A stretch of 64,000 nucleotides of DNA from Patescibacteria group bacterium (GTDB lineage Bacteria > Patescibacteriota > Minisyncoccia > Phycocordibacterales > CAIRYW01), in assembly GCA_040389185.1 (NCBI GenBank), contig JAZKAJ010000006.1, positions 2,914 to 66,913 of the forward strand, written 5' to 3'. Position numbers and translations under genes: made by a program. This document shows positions 38,501-45,246 of this stretch, piece by piece. Under the pieces are notes generated by a model. It was given only the letters and a program-made list of their open reading frames with translations, was not told the DNA's origin and made no database searches. Each line of letters opens with the position of its first letter. Within the stretch, counting starts at the first letter, position 1.

Positions 38501-39777
38501 GCTGCGCTTTCATCATCATTCCACCCCAAGCCCAAATGCCATTCTGATATACCATAATTAAATCCTCCATCTGCGATTTGGTCCTCAGCGCCCGGATCCC
38601 GCTGTTGGATCGTCAACGTTCCTCTATCACCCACACGTTCACCACTTCGAGCATAATTAGTTGCATCACCTACGGTAGCCATTCCTGTAATATCAAGAGT
38701 ATCATTTACCGCAAGACCTCCAGTGTCACTACGGAGCGCACCATTCCTGCCCACTATAAAATCCGCCTTGTTGCTTGGTAACGAGTCTTCATCATACACT
38801 CGCAAAAGATCAACATCTCCCGCACTCCAAATCGCTGTCATATCACCATCCGCATAAAATCCGCTCCCTTCATTATTTTTTGTACCCTCTATCCAAATAC
38901 CACTACTACCTGTATCTTCTGGATCTGGATCAGGATTCGGATTCCAATGTTGCGCCTGACCATAGAGACCTGTTGGACCGTAGTGAATACCTCCAGTGTT
39001 TATTGCAGGATTACCAAAAAACATTGATCCATTCGTTAGCGTGTCTCCAGCAATCGAGAGAGAATAGTTTTTATCAGGCGCAACACCAATACCAACAGTC
39101 CCATATGTCTCATCGACTGCAAGTGGAATACCATTTGGCATTGTTTGTGAATCAACAGTGAGCCAATCAACATTATTATTATCTGAAAAAGAAGTTTCAG
39201 TAGTATCTATATATGCAGTAAATGAGGTACCTCGACTATATTCATCCTCTGTACCATCTGCACCAATGCCAGAATGAAAAACTCTGTAACCATCCGCACC
39301 ATCTACAGGATCCCAAGAAATAGCAAAATTATAATTTCCCTCAACTTGATCCAAGTTTACTTTTAAAAATTTTTCTGTGTATGTACTTGAGTACAACCGC
39401 AGACCATCTCCAATGTTTTTATAGGAGTAAACACGATAGGCATTAGTAAATGGATAGTGGATGTCAAAAGATTCTCGTCCATAACCCCCGTCCTCACTTG
39501 GAGACATCTCAACACTGACAGATGTAGGGGCCGCAATCTCATGAGCGAGCGTACCAATGTAAGTGACTCCATTTAGAGAAAAAAGGTTGCCAGGCTCAGC
39601 AATTGAGACCGTACAATTCTCATTTGTCGGGGCACATTCAGGGTTCAGTGTCTCGCCTTGAGAATATGGTTCACCACTCCATGTTGCAAAAGCATTTTGT
39701 GAAAGAGAAAAAGCACAGACAATAAAAAAAACAAGCAAAACACCCTGTGCTCCATTGCTTTTAAATATCTGTTTCAT
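32494..39777 (-). CDS. giant (2427 aa) secreted surface fibre protein: two LVIVD beta-propeller modules, LamG-like modules, tail-fibre-like W..D..GNVGIGT motifs, and a C-terminal intramolecular-chaperone (peptidase S74-like) self-cleavage domain
   Basis: Signal peptide MKQIFKSNGAQGVLLVFFIVCAFSLSQNAFA. LVIVD-type repeats (YVADGAPDSLYIFDVSDPANITQLANY; HLDIFDITDPVDETLLTYY; IAYVADGAEDSVYAINISYP). Internal duplicated modules ending FDGTIDNVSVM / FSGSISNVSLM. IMC motif SSLRFKDNINSL...LMKLNPVSFFYKPEF...GFIAEEVNAVDPRLV at about 32850..33150. Acidic/Pro-rich C-terminal tail. Confidence 0.8.
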   Translation of the reverse strand: MKQIFKSNGAQGVLLVFFIVCAFSLSQNAFATWSGEPYSQGETLNPECAPTNENCTVSIAEPGNLFSLNGVTYIGTLAHEIAAPTSVSVEMSPSEDGGYGRESFDIHYPFTNAYRVYSYKNIGDGLRLYSSTYTEKFLKVNLDQVEGNYNFAISWDPVDGADGYRVFHSGIGADGTEDEYSRGTSFTAYIDTTETSFSDNNNVDWLTVDSQTMPNGIPLAVDETYGTVGIGVAPDKNYSLSIAGDTLTNGSMFFGNPAINTGGIHYGPTGLYGQAQHWNPNPDPDPEDTGSSGIWIEGTKNNEGSGFYADGDMTAIWSAGDVDLLRVYDEDSLPSNKADFIVGRNGALRSDTGGLAVNDTLDITGMATVGDATNYARSGERVGDRGTLTIQQRDPGAEDQIADGGFNYGISEWHLGLGWNDDESAAVFAPADYDEDVNKTLYQTGDLNEGATYDVSFTITGSNGSVFVCLGGGHCETIDAGEGDVSFSGQWHKNDNQKISFSPSNDFDGTIDNVSVMSREVQGLTFLAPNDRTSLSLGIDNEEGNSEEGQHGFLIKTIDSSGNSHAASLYLPDDNNSRYEYVLPSLLTVDDGNDTFCMKYLGNCTEGITSSQWTDVGSGINFLPQGLVGIGSTSNDAKLSVNASTGGALALELLGTKSDLGDTKDVVMLGNYAYSIGNGGNSIDITSIGDPSNLTAVSSVAPTSDGASRLSISSNGDYLFAAEGTDIEIFSLEDASDPISLAVWHGNFNVNDIAVKGNDLYAATNEGFVDIDISTIDAPVTVVDLSQSEASAQGIALSDDGYAYVTSGSDIFSYAIGSNHSVTFITDFALDGNLTGRPAISGSYLYTTNDVNDATQSFVVYSINHGNITLAGYANIGSYRYNGSVVIKNNYAYVADGAPDSLYIFDVSDPANITQLANYNSESDSDAVALSGSTIILAAGDGGIHTLTLSTDQNPELALKTSGGDVLIGGTDDEFHRRYFNFGTAVGESGFGIRNNNGTMQFRNSGDGDEWTDFGSGSGDSAWNGNESGINFLSGNVGIGTTTPGSTLEIFGDGSGEFAGGYPSLLNIHTTDSNPWGLTFQNDLAGTDKEMGVFLNSDGDLVFGADDDHTSMTLGHLGQVGINTTELSNANLTIRQTSNSESVNVEELTNGSFDGNAVGWMLGDGWSYDDNDVVADEATDSSGPITSFIELTDGGSGYVPDEIVHVDGGNGDATMEILSVSGVPDSFSVSTAGSGYTEGDTITVSGFNGDATLSVDSVDGDGAIVGISIISNTASFGSDMNEVVSGGTGSGGYLSQDVPSGAIRGFNGNTILTAGDGYTDGAGYSLTATSGSGAVATFHTEVGESSNLSQGDGLDAGEYRLSFTIGEGEGEIEACIGSVSEDTCNTYSAGNGDVSFSSTLNGSADSFTVEFMPIGGAFSGSISNVSLMRSEETGTAPGLTIMASNAPVSVSIGADVGEITDATGIKFTTSDPGHTESASFFLSGDDDAHYGYQLPSLESLMGGIDTVCMQNLGNCTGGDMQSFTTMERDNIESPTNNQIIFNTDTKTMQYYTTDNEGEWIDIAGGDSKWNTNEDGIDYTNGNVGIGTNTPHAGLDVVGGSAGVGFSQITRYHDVQTGVMDLVVSGNKLYSVDGYHLDIFDITDPVDETLLTYYDFQGDNVTPTAVRVVGDIAYVAAGNSVYVLDVNDTSQTPILLGVSDEGPAQIEDIQVKNGIVYVTDNNGYFYALNVSAISHGHSGDPVFFSEPYQADDSAYRIAISDNGHYAYLEEDTEIEVVDITDPTDFEQMSLYPSEADYFDGGIATKGNYVYATRDTDDGEGFVVFDASDPENLVKVGSTSIGDWRYNTRITISGNIAYVADGAEDSVYAINISYPHNPITIGYGTTDGDSYAVAAYKDVLFVADGDNGIVVLNAPKNYSALFNGGNVGIGTNDPAFNLDVGAIKATATLTIGEVIDGDAFLLFDSQNSMHAYEFDDNDTNSGAYPIPIGDTLSETINTTVNVINNGGYFSATRVGNNIIIEQLSAGASGNVWNILPDDENNPQIHPTHHSANITLTDFTGGVNGDINFGGNLYQHGQLFTGSQWTDFDGGIAYNTGDVSIGNGSFLYNSTTGVTSIDNLSMGALTFAEDAGAVSWVDLPISGDASQGTVESYTASIAGLSILTVHGEDDGEGGIENTGVRMENLPVSDEGQLSYLCINSSGELVVGSNSDCSSSSLRFKDNINSLTDDSGLTELMKLNPVSFFYKPEFNGALQSNPNYSGEQLGFIAEEVNAVDPRLVTLEADGTTVHGVRYEKITAILVKAVKEIADKLSGFTDQFTTHKLCVGDTCVTEAEFIQMVHSAGVTPVPKNDASTTPDMISIPDENSSSESDSGSSNQDVNSLDEGSTTSEVVEPTENAPTPDPTPIEDPAPNPEQLTPDPSSQVPEPSAE

Positions 39778-39855
39778 TGATACTCATAATAATACCAAAA
39801 AATGAAGACTATATTAAGAAAATATTAAGAAAATATGGGGATAACCCAACTAAAA

Positions 39856-40722
39856 TTAGACAAAAATTTCGCCATCAAAATTTTCTGACTTTAATATCGT
39901 TTGATTCTCTCGAATGAGAACAAAATCAAAATTGTATGCGTCAGAAAGAATGTTCGAATCAACAAAAAAGAGACAGGTCGCAACACAATCGGCGACAAGC
40001 GCCGTATCTGCAACAACCCATACCGCCACAACATCGGTTACTGATTTTAACGTCTTTGGATTCATAATGTGATTAAATTCCGCCCATTTTCTTCTCGTTC
40101 CCGCCGAACCACATATACTTTTATTTTTGAGATTATATACACCCACCACTTCATCGAGACTAAATGGATTTTCAAGTCCAACTTTGATACTTTCATTGTT
40201 CTTGTGCAATATATCTCCACCAGCATCAATACAATATTTTGTAATATTATTCTGTTCTAGCAGGTCTCCAACAATGTCTATCAAATAACCTTTACCCCCT
40301 GCACCAAAATCAAGAATTGCAGGTATTTTTATTTTAAGTTTAGGGAAATTAAATTCCATTACATCTTCCCAATTTCGTGGGCTCATTAATTCATTTTTTT
40401 GTTTAAGAGAATACTCTGCATCATATCCAGCATCAGAAAGTATATCCCCTACAAGTGGAGTAAAAAGTCCTTCAGTCTTTTGATAGAGATCAAAATATAT
40501 ATTTAAGAGCATCTTACTATCCTCTGGCAAAGTGTAGATACCTGGTTTCTGCGACATTTCTGTTATCAATGAATCAGATCGAAATCGAGAATATGTCTTG
40601 TCGAATGTTTCGATTCGAATATTTATTTTTTCAAAAATTTCTTCCTCATCTTTTTTGTCGAGATAATCAAAAATATCTATCTGCCAAGATGTGCCAATTG
40701 CATCAAAATTAAACTGAGGCAT
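39856..40722 (-). CDS. apbE: FAD:protein FMN transferase (ApbE family)
   Basis: LDFGAGGKGYLID, CGSAGTRRKW and HIMNP motifs of ApbE. Confidence 0.8.
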   Translation of the reverse strand: MPQFNFDAIGTSWQIDIFDYLDKKDEEEIFEKINIRIETFDKTYSRFRSDSLITEMSQKPGIYTLPEDSKMLLNIYFDLYQKTEGLFTPLVGDILSDAGYDAEYSLKQKNELMSPRNWEDVMEFNFPKLKIKIPAILDFGAGGKGYLIDIVGDLLEQNNITKYCIDAGGDILHKNNESIKVGLENPFSLDEVVGVYNLKNKSICGSAGTRRKWAEFNHIMNPKTLKSVTDVVAVWVVADTALVADCVATCLFFVDSNILSDAYNFDFVLIRENQTILKSENFDGEIFV

Positions 40723-40730
40723 AGAAAAGA

Positions 40731-41324
40731 TTATGCCTTTGCCTTTGCCTTTGCCTTTGCCTTGATTTGTGCAACAGCATCATTAAATCCTATCGGCGTA
40801 AGGGACGCACCTGATACTTTTGTAAGTCTTATATTTGCTATATTTTGTCCAACGACAAATTGCTGGTATCCAGAGATAAATCTGTCTTGATACCTTGATG
40901 ATGTGTTATCACCCGCACCGTTTGTCACAGTAGCACTAGTCACAATATCATTTGAAATTGTGAGAGTTACACCAACAGTATCGGGTCCGCCCGGAGATCT
41001 GTAACTTCCCGTCGCTGAGTAAGTACCATTTTTATATACACTTACTGTAGTAGGTTTTTTGGTTGTGTCAGCTGGTGGAGTTGTGACTGCAGGGGTAGTC
41101 TGTTTTACAGGAACATTATCTTCTTGCCCGTCATCGCCAAAATCTCGCGTCTCCTCGACTGGTACACCCGTGACACTTTCTTGAGGTGCAATATCTGTGT
41201 ATGTTTGTTGAGATGGATTATTATTATCTTTAATACTAAAGATAAGTGCATATGCAATCCCGCCAAGAACAATTATCCCAATAACAATTCCAACTATTTT
41301 ATTTGTTTGATTTTGTGAATTCAT
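40731..41324 (-). CDS. membrane-anchored FMN-binding-domain protein, a likely substrate for ApbE flavinylation; C-terminal (AK)n tail
   Basis: N-terminal TM helix, T/P-rich linker, FMN_bind-like domain with flavinylation-type motif LTKVSGASL ([S/T]GA[S/T]). C-terminus AKAKAKAKA. Confidence 0.7.
   Translation of the reverse strand: MNSQNQTNKIVGIVIGIIVLGGIAYALIFSIKDNNNPSQQTYTDIAPQESVTGVPVEETRDFGDDGQEDNVPVKQTTPAVTTPPADTTKKPTTVSVYKNGTYSATGSYRSPGGPDTVGVTLTISNDIVTSATVTNGAGDNTSSRYQDRFISGYQQFVVGQNIANIRLTKVSGASLTPIGFNDAVAQIKAKAKAKAKA
40735..40764. repeat. hexanucleotide tandem repeat (GCCTTT) x4 plus one imperfect copy, encoding the (AK)n tail
   Basis: atgcctttgcctttgcctttgcctttgccttg. In-frame, so slippage would change tail length only. 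Confidence 0.8.
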
Positions 41325-41333
41325 TTTATTAAA

Positions 41334-41750
41334 TTATTTTTTACCATTAACACTTTCCTGAAAAGACAGCACATCACTTCCATTCATAAACACCACAAAT
41401 GTTGCAACCGCGAGTCCAAAATCTCGGACACCGATCTCTCCATATCCCACAACAAACATAATATCAAAAAGATGAAGAGATAGAAGCAATGCAGAGACAC
41501 GAGTCAATATTCCAAAGAGAAGCATTATTCCAAAAACAAGTTCAAATGATGCATTGAAATAAACAAGCGTTACGGCGCTTAATCCTGACATTGATACGGC
41601 AGAATCTGGCACATATGCAGTCCAATCCGCAGTATGCAGAAATTGTTCAGTACTGAACCAAAGGATAACAAGAGACATACCAATACGAAGCACACTTCCT
41701 GAATAAGTTTCTAATTTTTGAAATAAGGCATTCATATGTTTATTATACAT
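41334..41750 (-). CDS. DoxX-family membrane protein
   Basis: 138 aa, 4 TM helices, DoxX-like pattern (LRIGMSLVILWFS...LLFGILTRVSALLL). Confidence 0.65.
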   Translation of the reverse strand: MYNKHMNALFQKLETYSGSVLRIGMSLVILWFSTEQFLHTADWTAYVPDSAVSMSGLSAVTLVYFNASFELVFGIMLLFGILTRVSALLLSLHLFDIMFVVGYGEIGVRDFGLAVATFVVFMNGSDVLSFQESVNGKK

Positions 41751-41794
41751 TAATACGAAATCTTTCCAAAAAAAGTTGCAAGTGTATTATTTTC

Positions 41795-42913
41795 CTAGAG
41801 CAGTGCGAGTACCCTTCGAGTGATCGATCCGACATATCCTACAATAGGTGCAATGGTATGCGCAATTTGAAATTTAATTACCGCCGCACGCGTCGCAGAG
41901 CCAAAATATCTTGTTTCATTGCCGATAGATCCCGCTCCACTTTGTGATACCACGAATCCGTGGTTATTTAGCCATACCTGAAGAGCATATACATCGTCAC
42001 CAGTAATTCCCAAATAAAGGTCTCTTGAGAGCAATAATCCACTGCTACCATTTGCAGGAATTATATTTAGATCATCAATCGCATCGACAATAGGTTGAGG
42101 TAATTCAATACTTTCATTTTTTGCATCAATAAATACACTTCGAAAGTTTTTTACCAAGAATTTAGATAACTTATCTTCATCTGTGGTTTGTTTTAATATT
42201 TGAGTTAGATCATCAATTTTGTCTTCTAGAGATAATTCTTTTGTAAGTCGAGGAAATGGATCGACAGGAGTACCTGAGTTATCGTGTATCTCGAAATGTA
42301 AATGCGCTGGTCCACCCGCCGCATTACCAGTATCACCTACATACCCTATTAAGTCACCGGCTTCCAAGACAAGTCCAGATACTACCCCTTCACCAATATG
42401 ATCTAGGTGCATATATACAAAAGTTTCTCCTCCAGGGTTTGCAGTGTATACATAGTTACCCTCTGTCTCGCCCACTCCCGTACGAATCACTACCGCTTCT
42501 GTCGGTGAAACAATTGGCGTACCTAAAACAGCCATAATATCCTCACCCTCATGTGTTCGCCCATCAGACCGAGGATCACCAAAATTCGGTGATATGTCAC
42601 TTATTCCTACGCCAAAAAGCACTGGCATAGAGACTGTTTTATCGGAAGTATCTGGAAGGGCACTTATTTTCTTTTGAAGTTCGCTTGATTGTCCACGATA
42701 TTGTCTTATTTGAATTTGTCTGGTAGTTGAAGATTCGGCAGAACCATCAGTATTATATAGAGTCCTAAAATAACTATACCGAGTCGATGTTGATGTGGCA
42801 GCGAACGCAAGAGTTGGCAATATAAAAATTGCCATCAGAATAACGAGTTTAAATGTAGAATATTTCATTGTTTGTTTAGTTAAAAAATTAGACAGCAGAG
42901 GTGATAGAACCAA
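41795..42913 (-). CDS. M23-family metallopeptidase with a C-terminal peptidoglycan-binding domain; start probably Met at 42868 (MKYSTF)
   Basis: HEGEDI (HxxxD) and HLHFEIH (HxH) M23 motifs. C-terminal PG_binding_1 (DDVYALQVWLNNHGF...RYFGSATRAAVIKFQ). Confidence 0.85.
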   Translation of the reverse strand: MVLSPLLSNFLTKQTMKYSTFKLVILMAIFILPTLAFAATSTSTRYSYFRTLYNTDGSAESSTTRQIQIRQYRGQSSELQKKISALPDTSDKTVSMPVLFGVGISDISPNFGDPRSDGRTHEGEDIMAVLGTPIVSPTEAVVIRTGVGETEGNYVYTANPGGETFVYMHLDHIGEGVVSGLVLEAGDLIGYVGDTGNAAGGPAHLHFEIHDNSGTPVDPFPRLTKELSLEDKIDDLTQILKQTTDEDKLSKFLVKNFRSVFIDAKNESIELPQPIVDAIDDLNIIPANGSSGLLLSRDLYLGITGDDVYALQVWLNNHGFVVSQSGAGSIGNETRYFGSATRAAVIKFQIAHTIAPIVGYVGSITRRVLALL

Positions 42914-42955
42914 TCCATCTATATTATAGAAGACGGGTTGGTATCGATATGATTA

Positions 42956-43001
42956 CTAAATAAGCCGGCACCAAAGGGCCGGCTTATTTAGTAATTTTTT
43001 T
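42956..43001 (+). terminator. intrinsic-terminator-like hairpin (13-bp perfect stem) plus T-run; oriented for the + strand, just downstream of the minus-strand gene 43000..44178
   Basis: ctaaataagccggc-accaaagg-gccggcttatttag, then gtaattttttt. Confidence 0.45.
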
Positions 43002-44178
43002 ACAGCGCATCTGATGCATCCTCCGCCTTGCGTTCCGCTTTTCTTGCCAAGCTCTCAGCATCGGCATAATCTTCATCATCATATTTTATTCTCGCATTAT
43101 TAAAGAATTCCGTTGCATCATTAAAAAGACCCTTTGCATCACTTGTATCTCGATTCTTTTTGTCAGCGAGAGATATATCAGATCTTGCAGCACTCATCGC
43201 GCTCTTTGCTTTATTTATGGCATTTAGAGCATCTGTCTCATCACCATTATTATTAATAGCATCTTCGGCATCACTACCTTTGTCTTCTGCTTCTTGAGCG
43301 AGATTATTGGCATCATCATAATTAAGTGCATCTAATTCATCTTTTGCATTCTGTAATATAGTTCGAGCGCTCTTAAGGAGACTTTTTGCTTCTGATACAT
43401 CCTTCCCACCATCATCTGCATTATTTATTTTGTCTTCAATATCATCAAGCCCATGATCAACTTCATTAATTCTATTGTCGACACTATCACCTTTGGTTTT
43501 ACCGCCAGCAGCTTTGAATGCATTCACAGCATCACTAAAACTATTATCCGCATATGATTTTGCTTTTGAATAATCACCACTTATATATGATTTCATTGCC
43601 TTAAGTATTTCTTCTCTTGCGGAGACCAAGTCCTTATTGGACTGATCTACGTTTACGCCACCATGTCCAGAATCTACAACTTCATCTTCCGAATCTTGAA
43701 GCTGTTTGATAGCCCGAGTAAGTGCACTTTTTGCATCAGAAGAAGAACCACTTGATGTTGTAGTTGTAACGACAGGCGTAGCTAAAGTTTGTGACGAAGA
43801 TGAAGGTCCTGCCACTATAATATTATATTTTTGTCGTGAGAGTGGGCCGAAGTATCCAGTCGATGCAAGTCCATTATCTTTTTGCCATTTTTTGATCGTT
43901 GCAACTGTTAATGACTTCAGTGTGTCTGTTTCCTTACCAGGAGAGCCTGCACCAGTACTTGATATTATATATCCAGAGCCATTTAAGAATTTTTGAAGAC
44001 ATCTGACATCTTCTCCCTCAGCGTTAAGTGAGAGGTCTCTTGTGAATCCACAAGAAGCAGCATAAGTAGTATTCGCAGCAAGAATGGCAAGTGCAGATAT
44101 TCCGAGAATAAATAAATGTTTTGAGTATTTCATAAAAGTTCTATTTGTTATAGATACAATTATATTACAAAATGACAA
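43000..44178 (-). CDS. secreted protein: N-terminal peptidoglycan-binding domain plus a long D/E/K-rich helical region; start probably Met at 44133 (MKYSKHLF)
   Basis: Signal peptide, PG_binding_1 (EDVRCLQKFLNGSGY...GYFGPLSRQKY), then about 250 aa of low-complexity charged helical sequence. Confidence 0.6.
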   Translation of the reverse strand: MSFCNIIVSITNRTFMKYSKHLFILGISALAILAANTTYAASCGFTRDLSLNAEGEDVRCLQKFLNGSGYIISSTGAGSPGKETDTLKSLTVATIKKWQKDNGLASTGYFGPLSRQKYNIIVAGPSSSSQTLATPVVTTTTSSGSSSDAKSALTRAIKQLQDSEDEVVDSGHGGVNVDQSNKDLVSAREEILKAMKSYISGDYSKAKSYADNSFSDAVNAFKAAGGKTKGDSVDNRINEVDHGLDDIEDKINNADDGGKDVSEAKSLLKSARTILQNAKDELDALNYDDANNLAQEAEDKGSDAEDAINNNGDETDALNAINKAKSAMSAARSDISLADKKNRDTSDAKGLFNDATEFFNNARIKYDDEDYADAESLARKAERKAEDASDAL

Positions 44179-44272
44179 AATGAACAGAACAAATTCAGAT
44201 TACTTTCAGTAGTTTGGTACACAAAGCCATAAAATTCTGTAAGTATTTAATTTCTGTCTCGTCATATCGTAT

Positions 44273-44791
44273 ATGAACTATTTTAAAGTCAGATTTAGGA
44301 AAGAGAACCAGGATCTTATCAATTTTGGAACTTCGACCATCTCTTATCTTTTAATCCTAACAATACTCACCTTACATCTGAAAAATGAACGCGGGCTCCC
44401 CAAAGGAATCAATGTCTTTGATTTTGTCTTAATACTTCTTGCGACGCTTCGACTAACAGAATTATTTGTCTATGACAAATCAATGCAATTCTTTCGAGAT
44501 CTCTTCGTCAATATAAAAAAAATAGAGGTTAAAAAGAATGAAGTAATAATAGAAAAGTCGCCCACCAATTACGGACTCCGACGAACTATCCACGATCTTC
44601 TTGAATGCCCTTGGTGCACGAGCGTGTGGACCGGTACCTTTATTACTTTTTTATATTTTCTCTTTCCAAGTTTTTGGATATTTATTCTTATTCTTGCAAT
44701 ATCTGGTGGAGCAACAATGATACAGCTCGCAACAAATGCGATCGGATGGACCTCAGAAAAGACCGAACAAGAAGTCGAGAGTACGAAGTAG
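44273..44791 (+). CDS. DUF1360-family membrane protein
   Basis: CPWCTSVW motif and 3 to 4 TM helices. Confidence 0.55.
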   Translation: MNYFKVRFRKENQDLINFGTSTISYLLILTILTLHLKNERGLPKGINVFDFVLILLATLRLTELFVYDKSMQFFRDLFVNIKKIEVKKNEVIIEKSPTNYGLRRTIHDLLECPWCTSVWTGTFITFLYFLFPSFWIFILILAISGGATMIQLATNAIGWTSEKTEQEVESTK

Positions 44792-44797
44792 GAAATT

Positions 44798-45202
44798 CTA
44801 AAATGACAATATAAATGCAGCGAGCAATATTCCCACAAGCTGATTTGAAACAACTATAAGTACCTGCCACAACTGCTGACTTCGTGCAGTAGGACCCCAA
44901 ATAATTCCAGAGATCTGCGTTGGAATAATAAATCCAATAAGTAAAAAGAGGGCTGTTACTATTGGGCTAAATGGGAGCGCGATAAGCATTACACTAAGCG
45001 CAAAAGTAAAAACCAGCGTGAGAAATATTTGTAAAGCATAAAACAGAGCCATCTGTTTCTCTGCTTTTTTAATTTCTTTTTCAGTGCATTTATCTGCCCC
45101 CATTATCTTCATCCACCATTTCCCAAACATGAGTGGAGAATACCACAAGGCACCGAGTACAAACTGAGCAAGAGTTGCGATGATTATATATGTGTAATTC
45201 AT
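44798..45202 (-). CDS. DUF1761-family membrane protein
   Basis: 134 aa, 4 TM helices, GALWYSPLMFGKWWMKIMG N-terminus. Paralogous to 52815..53264. Confidence 0.55.
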   Translation of the reverse strand: MNYTYIIIATLAQFVLGALWYSPLMFGKWWMKIMGADKCTEKEIKKAEKQMALFYALQIFLTLVFTFALSVMLIALPFSPIVTALFLLIGFIIPTQISGIIWGPTARSQQLWQVLIVVSNQLVGILLAAFILSF

Positions 45203-45246
45203 AACTATTATTTATTAACTTTTATACTAGTATATTAACAAATTTT

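Noticed and set aside
33174-39572. Numerous 60-130-aa ORFs on both strands inside the giant gene (e.g. 33174..33407, 35005..35214, 36579..36884, 38775..39161)
   Set aside because: All are fully embedded in the 7.3-kb continuous reading frame, which has coherent domain content. They are frame-shadow ORFs typical of GC-richer repetitive coding DNA.
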